This document shows, one piece after another, positions 28,860-38,212 of a DNA stretch of 43,225 nucleotides. The stretch comes from an uncultured archaeon (GTDB lineage: Archaea; Thermoproteota; EX4484-205; JAAOZP01). The notes beneath the pieces were generated by a model. The model saw only the letters and a program-made list of their open reading frames with translations. It was not told the DNA's origin and did not search any database. The position numbers and the translations under genes are program-made. The stretch spans positions 1-43,225 of the forward strand of contig CALIBN010000038.1 in NCBI GenBank assembly GCA_938045545.1. The letters are read 5' to 3'. Positions within the stretch are counted from its first letter, which is position 1; the number at the start of each line of letters is the position of its first letter.

Positions 28860-29881
28860 CCCGTTTTTACCTCTCTCCTCCATCTTTCAAGCCACTGTTC
28901 AACGCTTCCTGCAATCTCAACGTTGAAGGTTACTTTCTCTGAAGGTATCGGGGCATAGCTGAACAACTCGACAGAAGCCTTGGGATTAACAGGATACATG
29001 TATCCTTCTGGCGCAACAAGGTTCTGCGCCTCGGTGCTTAAAACGAACTCTATGAACTTCTTAGCTATCTCAGGATGCTTAGCGTTCTTAACCAGAGCTA
29101 TGCCCTCCCTGTAGACGAAGCCCTCGACAGCCATGCTTGTAAGGCTAGGGGTCTCCTCGTAGCCCACGTCCGTGTTAAACATTGGTCCGATTGCAACCTC
29201 GCCTTTTTTCAAAGCTATTATGGACGTGGTCCAGCCTGAGGGATGCGTCTTAACATTCTGTTCAAGCTGCTTTAGGAAGCTGAATCCTTCTTCAACACCC
29301 TTGACCGACAAAACCCATACTAGGAAAGATAAGCCGGTTCCGCTTGAAGTCGGATCTTGGTAGAACACTAGACCCCTGTACTCAGGCCTAAGCAGGTCGT
29401 CGAGCCTCTCGGGCGGGGGGATGCCTAGTCTGGCGATGATGCTACTGTTGAAAGTTATCATGACGTAGCCCTTGTCCATAGGTATAACCGTGCCCGTATG
29501 ATCCCATATTTCCTCTGCAGGTATCAGTGAAATGTTCTGGGGCCTATAGGGCTCTAAAACACCCGAGTCTATCAGGGTCTTCGCGTAGAATTCGGGAACA
29601 CCCATTATTACGTCAGCCACGGGGCTATCCTTCTCAAGGATGAGCTTGTTTGCAATCTCGATCGAACCCATGCCGTAGCTTACGAAAGTAACATTCACAT
29701 CCGGATGCCTGTTTTTAAACTCTCTCACAATGGCTGTTGCGAGTCCAGATATTCCTCTAGGCCCGTAAATTATCAGGGTGTCTTCAAGCTTGGGCTGACT
29801 GAGTTGAAGATACAGTATTGAAGATACTATGGCTAACACTGCAACCACTATAGCCAGTATTGCTCTCCACCCTATTCTCAT
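28856..29881 (-). CDS. thiB: Thiamine ABC transporter substrate-binding protein, N-terminal membrane anchor
   Basis: P(V)ADVIMG, DPTSSGTGLSFL, AKKFIEFVLS..AQ and MYPVN. Lies directly downstream of a TPP riboswitch. Confidence 0.88.
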   Translation of the reverse strand: MRIGWRAILAIVVAVLAIVSSILYLQLSQPKLEDTLIIYGPRGISGLATAIVREFKNRHPDVNVTFVSYGMGSIEIANKLILEKDSPVADVIMGVPEFYAKTLIDSGVLEPYRPQNISLIPAEEIWDHTGTVIPMDKGYVMITFNSSIIARLGIPPPERLDDLLRPEYRGLVFYQDPTSSGTGLSFLVWVLSVKGVEEGFSFLKQLEQNVKTHPSGWTTSIIALKKGEVAIGPMFNTDVGYEETPSLTSMAVEGFVYREGIALVKNAKHPEIAKKFIEFVLSTEAQNLVAPEGYMYPVNPKASVELFSYAPIPSEKVTFNVEIAGSVEQWLERWRREVKTG

Positions 29882-29927
29882 TTTTCACCACCTCCTTTCA
29901 TACGGGGCGGTAGAAGAAGGAGCGTCA

Positions 29928-30025
29928 GGTAGCTTCCCTCCGCCAGCATTACCTGGTTCAGGTTCGAGGGGTCGACCCCCATGCAGGGTCCTCTCAGCCG
30001 GGCTTCCCCAGCTCCCCCAGCTACC
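29928..30025 (-). ncRNA. TPP riboswitch (THI element)
   Basis: Minus strand reads GGUAGCU-GGGG...GCUGAGAG...ACCC..GAACCUGAA.CCAG-GUAAUG-CUGG-CGGAGGGA-AGCUACC. All consensus blocks and a 7-bp P1 are present. TATA TTTATAAA at 30054-30061. Confidence 0.96.
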
Positions 30026-30319
30026 GCCGTTAAGCTTCACATCTGATAATCTGTTTATAAATATTACTTTCTCCATTAGACTTGAAAACATTAAATAGTG
30101 TTTTTGCTGTTACAAACAGGTAGTTGAATACTTCCCGGCTTAGAATAGCTTCTTAAGGATGTCTTGGTAATGAAACGCTGAGGCCATCGGCGCTGTTAAA
30201 TCGAAACGATTATCTGAAGAAGTTTAGCGTGCCAGTCAACTATGAGAACGCTACCAAATCTGACTAAAAAGGTTTTGTTTTTAGATAAATAAAGGAATGT
30301 TGAAATGAAGGTGTTTAGT

Positions 30320-31354
<1,035 letters not shown>

Positions 31355-31449
31355 TTAGAGGCTTCCTCCGGATATTTAAAAACTTAACGCGAATTCGAGT
31401 ATTGCAGCAGGAAAACTCTTTAATCTTAATCCATCCGGATACCTCGCTT

Positions 31450-32319
31450 ATGAGCAGCAGGGTTGAGGAGATCGTTAGGAGACGGGTTTTAACCGAGGTT
31501 GAGAAATACCCGTTTTTCCAGAGGGCTGCTGTCGCCCTCTCAGGTGGGAAGGACAGTGGGAGTCTTCTCCACGTTTTCACAGAGGCCTATCCGGATAAGG
31601 AGGTTATCCCTGTTCATCTGAATCTTGGCATAGGTGGCTTCTCAGAGGCCTCTGAGCGTTTCGCAAGGATGCAGGCTGAAAGGGCTGGCCTCCAGCTCGT
31701 GGTTTTCAACCTCGAGAGGGAACTCGGCTTCACAATCTTGGATGCGAGGAGGCTCTACCCGAAGGTTTGCAGCGTCTGCGGCGGTTTTAAAAGGTATCTT
31801 TTGAACAAAGTTGCCTTCGAGCTCGATGCCGACATTATTCTTACGGCTCACCACCTTGAGGATTTCCTAGTTAGAATGTTGAAGTCTTTTTTGAACGCCG
31901 GGTTCGAGGAGCTCGCCAGGTTTAAAACGTATCTTCCAAAGAATGGGAATCTTGTCGCCAAAGGTAGGCCTTTCTGCCGGGTTCCTGAGAGAATGATAGC
32001 GGAGTACGCCTTTCTTAAGGGCATTCCCTTTCTATCTGAGAAATGCCCTATCGGGAGGAAGGAGAACGTTGAAAGGTTCAGGAGGACGGTTGAAACCCTA
32101 GCTAGGAGGCAGAGCCAGAAGCTTCTTTATTTCTCATCGTTGACGAAGCTGGCTGAGATGCTTCAAAACTGTGGAGCCGTAACTATGCCGGAGTTGAAGC
32201 CCTGCTCGTCATGCGGCTTTCTTGCTTCGGGTGAAACGTGCTCCTTCTGCGCGAGAGTGAGGAAGATCAAGGCTTTCCTGGACAGGGATCGGGCATCACC
32301 GTCCCAGAATACTCGGTGA
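31450..32319 (+). CDS. TtuA/TtcA/Ncs6-family PP-loop tRNA thiolation protein
   Basis: SGGKDS, CSVC...KR, TAHHLED, a downstream CP, and a C-terminal zinc finger CSSC..CSFC. No N-terminal zinc finger. Confidence 0.85.
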   Translation: MSSRVEEIVRRRVLTEVEKYPFFQRAAVALSGGKDSGSLLHVFTEAYPDKEVIPVHLNLGIGGFSEASERFARMQAERAGLQLVVFNLERELGFTILDARRLYPKVCSVCGGFKRYLLNKVAFELDADIILTAHHLEDFLVRMLKSFLNAGFEELARFKTYLPKNGNLVAKGRPFCRVPERMIAEYAFLKGIPFLSEKCPIGRKENVERFRRTVETLARRQSQKLLYFSSLTKLAEMLQNCGAVTMPELKPCSSCGFLASGETCSFCARVRKIKAFLDRDRASPSQNTR

Positions 32320-32387
32320 AAAAGTTTTTCAAGCAACTCTTTTAAACATGTTGCTTGCTTTGACGTTATTGGAAGCGGGAGACGGAT

Positions 32388-33488
32388 ATGAGGATCGCTT
32401 TCGTTTATGACGCGGTGTACCCCTGGGTTAAAGGAGGAGTGGAGAGGAGAATATACGAGCTTGGGAGGAGGCTGTCCCGCAGGCATGAAGTACACTGGTT
32501 CAGCTTAGAATGGTGGGGTGGCGGAGAAAGGAGTCTCGACGGTATTCTGCTCCACGGGGTTGGAGGCGGGAGGCCTCTTTACGTTAATGGGAAGCGCTCG
32601 ATAAGTGAAGCATTATACTTTGGGCTTAAACTGCTCTCAGGCTTAAAGCGTGAGGTCGACTTCATGGATGTTCAGGCTTTCCCATACTTCTCATGCTTCT
32701 CCTCCAAGATCCGCTCAATGATGGCTGGGGCATGCATGGCGGTGACTTGGCATGAGCTCTGGGGCAGCTACTGGTTTGAATACTTGGGTCCCAAGGGGCT
32801 TGCAGGCTGGGCTGTTGAAAGAGCTGTCTTAAAGCTTACAAACATGCATATTGCCGTATCAGGCGTGACGAGGAGAAGCCTGGAGAGTGTCGGTGTTAAC
32901 GCCGAGGTGATTCCGAACGGGATAGACTTTGAACATATAGTGGGGGTTCAAAAGAGTGGCGAGGAGTCGGATCTGGTTTTCGCAGGGAGGCTGGTGAAAG
33001 AAAAGAACGTTGACTTGATTATTAGGGCTGTAAAGATTCTGAAGGATAGTGTTCCAGACGTTAAATGCGTGATAATAGGCGACGGGCCGGACAAACAGGC
33101 TCTCGTAAGCCTTTCCGAACGGCTTGGAGTAAGGGGGAACATTGTGTTTAAAGGGTTTCTTGCTGATCATGACGAGGTAATAGCCTTCATGAAGTCTTCG
33201 AAGGTGTTTATACTCCCTTCGACAAGGGAGGGCTTCGGAATCGTTGTTTTAGAAGCGAACGCGTGCGGCCTGCCTGTCGTAACGGTTAGGCATGAGAGGA
33301 ACGCTGCCTGCAGCCTGGTTGAAGAAGGTTTAAACGGTTTCACGTGTTCCGTTTCACCTGAGAAAATAGCCGAAAAAACCTTGGAGGCGATGGATAGGGA
33401 CATGAGGCAGGCGTGCATTAACAATGCTTCCAAGTATGACTGGAGTGTCATCGTAAACCTTTACGAGTCTCTTTTGAAAAAAGTCTAA
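32388..33488 (+). CDS. GT4 family glycosyltransferase
   Basis: GGVE, IPNGID, FAGRLVKEKN and EGFGIVVLEANACGLPVV. Confidence 0.95.
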   Translation: MRIAFVYDAVYPWVKGGVERRIYELGRRLSRRHEVHWFSLEWWGGGERSLDGILLHGVGGGRPLYVNGKRSISEALYFGLKLLSGLKREVDFMDVQAFPYFSCFSSKIRSMMAGACMAVTWHELWGSYWFEYLGPKGLAGWAVERAVLKLTNMHIAVSGVTRRSLESVGVNAEVIPNGIDFEHIVGVQKSGEESDLVFAGRLVKEKNVDLIIRAVKILKDSVPDVKCVIIGDGPDKQALVSLSERLGVRGNIVFKGFLADHDEVIAFMKSSKVFILPSTREGFGIVVLEANACGLPVVTVRHERNAACSLVEEGLNGFTCSVSPEKIAEKTLEAMDRDMRQACINNASKYDWSVIVNLYESLLKKV

Positions 33489-33498
33489 AGTATTATGG

Positions 33499-33921
33499 TT
33501 AACCGCTTACTCCTACAGACGTTTTCCATAGATCTAGCACGGTGGTTTTGTTAAAGTAGGGTAAAATCCTGCCGGCCAGTAGCATGGTGCAGACCTCTGA
33601 GCCAAGCTCTTTTGAAACAATCATTTTGAACGCTCTCCAAGTTAAAACGGATACTGCAAGCATTCTCCTAGTGTCTACAAGAAGGATCCTCCACTTCCTA
33701 CAAAAGTTTGCTGCATCCTTAGAAACCTCCACCCTGCCGAAATGCGTTGCCCTAGCATACATTCCCCGTCTAGACTTTACCCTCGCCCTTGACAACGCTA
33801 CTACGCATATGAATTCCCTGTTTACAGGGCTTATCCTCCAGTACTTGTCGTGCTTAACCGCGTTTACAAGGTCCTCTGCCTCGCTCTTAGTCAGCCCCTT
33901 GAAAACGCTATCCTGGAACAT
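33499..33921 (-). CDS. Hypothetical protein (140 aa, basic)
   Basis: Fills the gap between GT4 and the TrmB gene; co-oriented with TrmB and 45 bp downstream of it. No family recognised. Confidence 0.65.
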   Translation of the reverse strand: MFQDSVFKGLTKSEAEDLVNAVKHDKYWRISPVNREFICVVALSRARVKSRRGMYARATHFGRVEVSKDAANFCRKWRILLVDTRRMLAVSVLTWRAFKMIVSKELGSEVCTMLLAGRILPYFNKTTVLDLWKTSVGVSG

Positions 33922-33966
33922 CTTGTTTCAAGAGGCTGAACAGAATAAATAATCGTCAAACAATCC

Positions 33967-35196
33967 TTAAGAAGGCTGAAGCTCAATCACTCGGATCGCG
34001 TAGAAGCTGGCCAGCTGTTTGGCATCCTCAGTCAGCTTCGGCTTAACTATTAGAGTTGCCCCGTTAATCATTTCTTCAACATCGTTCTTCTTAGTGTAGA
34101 ATCCCACTATGGATGTGACGGAAACATCAGTCACGTCGAAAACAATATCGCAGACAATCGGCTTATCTCCGTTTAAAACACCTATGTCAAACACGTGTGT
34201 AATCCCTGATTTACCGGTTATTTTTATGTTATCCTCAACCTGCAGCCCAACCATTGAAAGGTATTGTGAAAGCTGTTTCTTGAAGGAGGCATACTCTTCC
34301 TCCCTCATCTTTAACTCCTGTTCAACCGGAAGCATCCGGGCCGACACTTCCTCAGGTTGCATCATGCTTCTGAACAGCTTCCTAAGTGACTGAACCAACG
34401 CCTCGCTATTGGTCCAGATCGCCGTGGCCTCCTTTCTCTCAGCCCGGCTAACACCTGGCGGCTTAGTGAACAGAAGGAGCTGCTTGTTGTCCACGATTAT
34501 GAAACAGGGTGCTGAAATGCTCATCGTCTTAACCTCTATAACCTCAGCGTGCTTCTTAAGGAATGACGTTATGCTCGACGTGCCCGAAATACCGTGTGTG
34601 AGTATTTGGGTGTGGACATTGTCTTTGCTCAGGTTGCGAAGCTTCTGCAGGATCCCAGCGTTATAGGCTCTGACGAGCTCCGTCCTGACGGCTACGATGT
34701 TAACCTCCTCCTTAGCCTCATCCAGCATGTCCGAAAGCCTCGCGTAAATCTGTTCTATGCCTTTCAAAAGCTGAAGCTTCTCCTGTTCCTCCACTTTAGA
34801 AGGCACACGGACTGTCTTCCATATTTCCATGAGCTCCTCCTTGCTTTTCTCCATCGTAATTATCCTTCTTCTCTCCGCCTCTATGAGGATGTCAAGGGCT
34901 TTTTCAAAGCCTATTGCCGAGAATTTTGCGGGGCGGTCTAGGCTGGCTTCTATAATACCCTTGTTCTGAAGGCTTGTCAGTATGTTGTACACCTCCGTCC
35001 TAGAGATTCCCAGCGATAAGCCTATTTCACTAGCCTTCATCGGCCCCAGTTTTAAAAGATGTATGAAAACCTTAGCCTCGTTATCAGTTAAACCGTATTC
35101 GGCAAGCTCCTCCTGAAGCTTTTCAAACTCTTTAGACCCTCCTTCTAGAGCAATGCGGCTTTCTCCCTCTATGGAAGCCATCGTGGATTTAAACAT
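33967..35196 (-). CDS. TrmB family regulator with C-terminal restriction-endonuclease-like (Mrr/PD-(D/E)XK-fold) domain
   Basis: N-terminal wHTH GLTDNEAKVF..ISRTEVYNILTSLQNKG; effector domain with IIVDNK; C-terminal ITGKSGITHVFDI..CDI..LTEDAKQLASFYAIRVIE. Start could be 35181. Confidence 0.85.
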   Translation of the reverse strand: MFKSTMASIEGESRIALEGGSKEFEKLQEELAEYGLTDNEAKVFIHLLKLGPMKASEIGLSLGISRTEVYNILTSLQNKGIIEASLDRPAKFSAIGFEKALDILIEAERRRIITMEKSKEELMEIWKTVRVPSKVEEQEKLQLLKGIEQIYARLSDMLDEAKEEVNIVAVRTELVRAYNAGILQKLRNLSKDNVHTQILTHGISGTSSITSFLKKHAEVIEVKTMSISAPCFIIVDNKQLLLFTKPPGVSRAERKEATAIWTNSEALVQSLRKLFRSMMQPEEVSARMLPVEQELKMREEEYASFKKQLSQYLSMVGLQVEDNIKITGKSGITHVFDIGVLNGDKPIVCDIVFDVTDVSVTSIVGFYTKKNDVEEMINGATLIVKPKLTEDAKQLASFYAIRVIELQPS

Positions 35197-35320
35197 ATGT
35201 ATGTCAATGGCACTAATTAAGCTTTTTTTAAAAGACCTGGGAACGCTCAGTCTCTTATCCGCGGTCTGAACAGTCCTGGGATTAACGCAAAATCCTTAAG
35301 TATTAAGCCTGGCTTTATGC

Positions 35321-36115
35321 TTGACGATGATCGGTTTAATCTTGGCAGCTGGCAAGGGCACCAGGATGCGGCCCTATTCCAACGCGATAAATAAGGAAAT
35401 GTCCCTGATCGGGGAGAGCCCCGTGATAGAGTATAACGTGAAGGCTCTTGCAGACGCCGGGGTTAAAAAGGCCTTTATAGTGCTTGGAGAGGGCAAGTGG
35501 CAGATATTCGAGTACCTTAGGGATGGCTCCAGGTTCAACATTGCCCTCTCCTATATATATCAGGACCTAGGTGAGAAGGAGGAGAAAAAGGGTACGGCAA
35601 AGGCAATCCAAGTGGCTGAGGAATGGGTTAATGATGATTTCATAGTGATCTACGGCGACTCTTTTTTCCACCCGTATGATTTCCTGAGGAGTGAGATTGA
35701 GCTGCACGAGAAGGAGAAGGCTGACGTTACGATGGGGATCTATATGATGAAAGAGTATAAGGATTACGGTATTGTTCGAACCGAAAGCGGTAAAGTAATA
35801 GATATTCTGGAGAAGGCCACTGGGGAGGAGGCGGAGAAAACTAGGGTTGACGATATGTTCGCTGTCAACTCAGGCCCAATAGTCTTCACGCGTGAAGTCT
35901 TCCCCTACATTAGGAGGACTCCTGTTTCACCAGCTGGAGAATACTGGATAACCGACACGATCAGGCTGATGATTAAAGACGGTAGGAAAGTATTAGCGTA
36001 CAGGATACCTGAGGGAGTCTTCTGGAGGGACATTGGAAGAATGAAGCACAGGATGGAGGCTGAAGCATACCTGTTAAGCAAGCATTATGAATACAACGTT
36101 TTAAACAGTAAATGA
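35321..36115 (+). CDS. Sugar-1-phosphate nucleotidyltransferase (RmlA/GCD1-like)
   Basis: LILAAGKGTRMRP...K, GTAKA, YGD, EK, GEYWITD and WRDIG. Confidence 0.92.
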   Translation: MTMIGLILAAGKGTRMRPYSNAINKEMSLIGESPVIEYNVKALADAGVKKAFIVLGEGKWQIFEYLRDGSRFNIALSYIYQDLGEKEEKKGTAKAIQVAEEWVNDDFIVIYGDSFFHPYDFLRSEIELHEKEKADVTMGIYMMKEYKDYGIVRTESGKVIDILEKATGEEAEKTRVDDMFAVNSGPIVFTREVFPYIRRTPVSPAGEYWITDTIRLMIKDGRKVLAYRIPEGVFWRDIGRMKHRMEAEAYLLSKHYEYNVLNSK

Positions 36116-37066
36116 TCGGCCTTCGCCTTCCACAGCCATCCTGATTAAGTTTAACGCGTCTTCAAGACTAATCTCCTGTTTAAACTGGATGCCACCTATG
36201 TTCGACCTACCACCTGCTTTCACACCGTTGTTTTTCAATAGCCCCACGTAAACCTTGTTCAGGTCTAAGCTGCGTGCAGCTATGGTTGCTGAGACCGGTT
36301 TGCCCTTCCTCAAGCCTACGCAGACAACCACTTTTTCACTCCCCCCCAGCTCGAACATTAGCATTCTTCTGGCAGCGGCCTCAAGCTGGTCAGTAACGTC
36401 GTACGTGAAGTATGTGATGCTGCCTATTCTGCCCATGGAGCCTCTGAGCTTCTCAATCCTGTTCTCCACGAGGCTCCACCTTCTGAGCTCGCCTTCAACC
36501 CATTGCAGAATACTGCTCCAGTCCGACTCGTAAACCATGCGCGAGAGGCTGCTTCTAACGTCTTCCCTCATGCTGTTCAAAAGGAATGCTTTATTCATCT
36601 TCACAGCCAGCTCTGAAACCATGTTTCCAGAATCTATCTCGTCAACAGCCACCAGCATCCTGATGCCGTCCTCGTTCAACTCGAGAAGGTCTCTGAAGAC
36701 TTCGAAAATAAGCCTTGAAACGCTTCTAAGCCCACTGTTAAACAGTATTTCCTTGGTTTTCCTGGAGCCGTTGTAAAGCGCTATTAACGGCGCTGGACCA
36801 TGGTGATCTAGCAAAACATTGCTCCCGACGTAGGTCAAGCCCTTGCTTAAAGGAAGCTCTATAAGTATGCTTCTACACGCTTTAACAGTATCGATCTCGC
36901 TTGGCTTGGGATAATGGATCCTTGAAAAATCCCCGCCTAGAGCCCTTGCTGTCATTGAGGCTGCGAAAATACCGTCCAGATCGGGGTCGCTTAATATGGT
37001 GTACTCCGGATTATCCTCTATGAAACGGAAGAGGATTCGCCTCCCCTCTTCGTGTTCAAAGCCCAA
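36101..37066 (-). CDS. DHH/DHHA1 phosphoesterase (nanoRNase NrnB-like)
   Basis: DPDLDG, LLDHH, AVDEIDS and a C-terminal AGGR..IGG motif. Confidence 0.8.
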   Translation of the reverse strand: MGFEHEEGRRILFRFIEDNPEYTILSDPDLDGIFAASMTARALGGDFSRIHYPKPSEIDTVKACRSILIELPLSKGLTYVGSNVLLDHHGPAPLIALYNGSRKTKEILFNSGLRSVSRLIFEVFRDLLELNEDGIRMLVAVDEIDSGNMVSELAVKMNKAFLLNSMREDVRSSLSRMVYESDWSSILQWVEGELRRWSLVENRIEKLRGSMGRIGSITYFTYDVTDQLEAAARRMLMFELGGSEKVVVCVGLRKGKPVSATIAARSLDLNKVYVGLLKNNGVKAGGRSNIGGIQFKQEISLEDALNLIRMAVEGEGRSFTV

Positions 37067-37165
37067 TCCCTATTTCCCTCTTTTAAGAGCGTTGCTTGAA
37101 GGTTTTGAAGCACTCTTATTTAAAACTATTTTTTAATCGTGGCCACGAGGCTGCCAATCCTATGT

Positions 37166-38062
37166 TTAAGAAATTTGCAGGATGCTTAAGAGGAGGATAA
37201 TTGTTCCAACTGATAGACAGTAGTAGGCGAACTTATGGAAGCTCTGTTTAACAACGTATTTCTTAACCCTCCCTAGGGCGATGTAGCCGACGGCAGCGGT
37301 CACTAGAATTCCCAGAGCGATCATCCAATACTCCTGTTCAAAACTAACTTCCTGAAGCTTGACTAGGCTTCCGCCAATTATGCTTGGGATTGATAGGAGC
37401 AGGGAGAACCGATAGGCCTCATCGTTCTCGATTCCCAGAAGTAGACCAGTTGAAACAGTTATTCCGGTTCTGGAGATTCCGGGTGTGATTGCAGCAGCCT
37501 GGGAAACCCCGATTAGAAACGAGTCTAAAGCATTTAGTCTCCTCCTAGGTTTAGCAAGCCTCGTTGAAAACAGGATTAAGCCGTTGAGAAGCATTGCAAC
37601 CCCGGTTGCGAAAAGGCTTTTGAACATAGATTCGAAGAAACCTTTGAGAAAGAAGCCCACTAAGCCGACGGGGATTGTGCCGAGAACCAAGTATATTAGC
37701 ATCCTACCTTCTTCCGAGAAATCAAGCCTTAATGCTGCTTTAAGGACTGATTGTAAATCCTTTCTCAGAAACAGAATTACCCCGACAAGGGTTCCGAGGT
37801 GAAGCATAACATCGAAGGCAACGGAGACGTTTATCTTAAGCAGTTCCTGCACTACAACAAGGTGTCCTGTGCTTGAGATAGGAAACCATTCTGTTATGCC
37901 TTGAACAAGGCTTAGGAAAAATACCTTCAGGATTCCCGTCTTGTCAATGCTTCCTGAAGAGAAATGGATGGTTAAAATCGCCTCGACAAGGATTACTAAC
38001 AGATTAATAACTGGGCAGTTAATGAGAATATACGCTGGTAGCTTGTTTTTTCTGTGGACCAC
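37166..38062 (-). CDS. uppP: Undecaprenyl-diphosphate phosphatase (BacA/UppP)
   Basis: QGITEWFPISSTGH, HLGT, PGISRTG and FSLLLSIP. Start uncertain; TATA-like TTTATAAA at 38083-38090 supports GTG 38062. Confidence 0.93.
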   Translation of the reverse strand: MVHRKNKLPAYILINCPVINLLVILVEAILTIHFSSGSIDKTGILKVFFLSLVQGITEWFPISSTGHLVVVQELLKINVSVAFDVMLHLGTLVGVILFLRKDLQSVLKAALRLDFSEEGRMLIYLVLGTIPVGLVGFFLKGFFESMFKSLFATGVAMLLNGLILFSTRLAKPRRRLNALDSFLIGVSQAAAITPGISRTGITVSTGLLLGIENDEAYRFSLLLSIPSIIGGSLVKLQEVSFEQEYWMIALGILVTAAVGYIALGRVKKYVVKQSFHKFAYYCLSVGTIILLLSILQIS

Positions 38063-38212
38063 ACTTTTTCATCAAAACCCCCTTTATAAAAAGTTTTACA
38101 GTTTACGATGCTCTTTCGAAAACTGGTTTAGAGATTACGTTATGAGACGGCTTACTTTAGAACGTATTTCGTAAAGGTTAGATATTTTTATACGTGAAGC
38201 CGATTAATGGAT

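Noticed and set aside
29829-30098. 68-aa and 89-aa ORFs upstream of thiB
   Set aside because: They overlap the GC-rich TPP riboswitch and its promoter, which fully explains the region.
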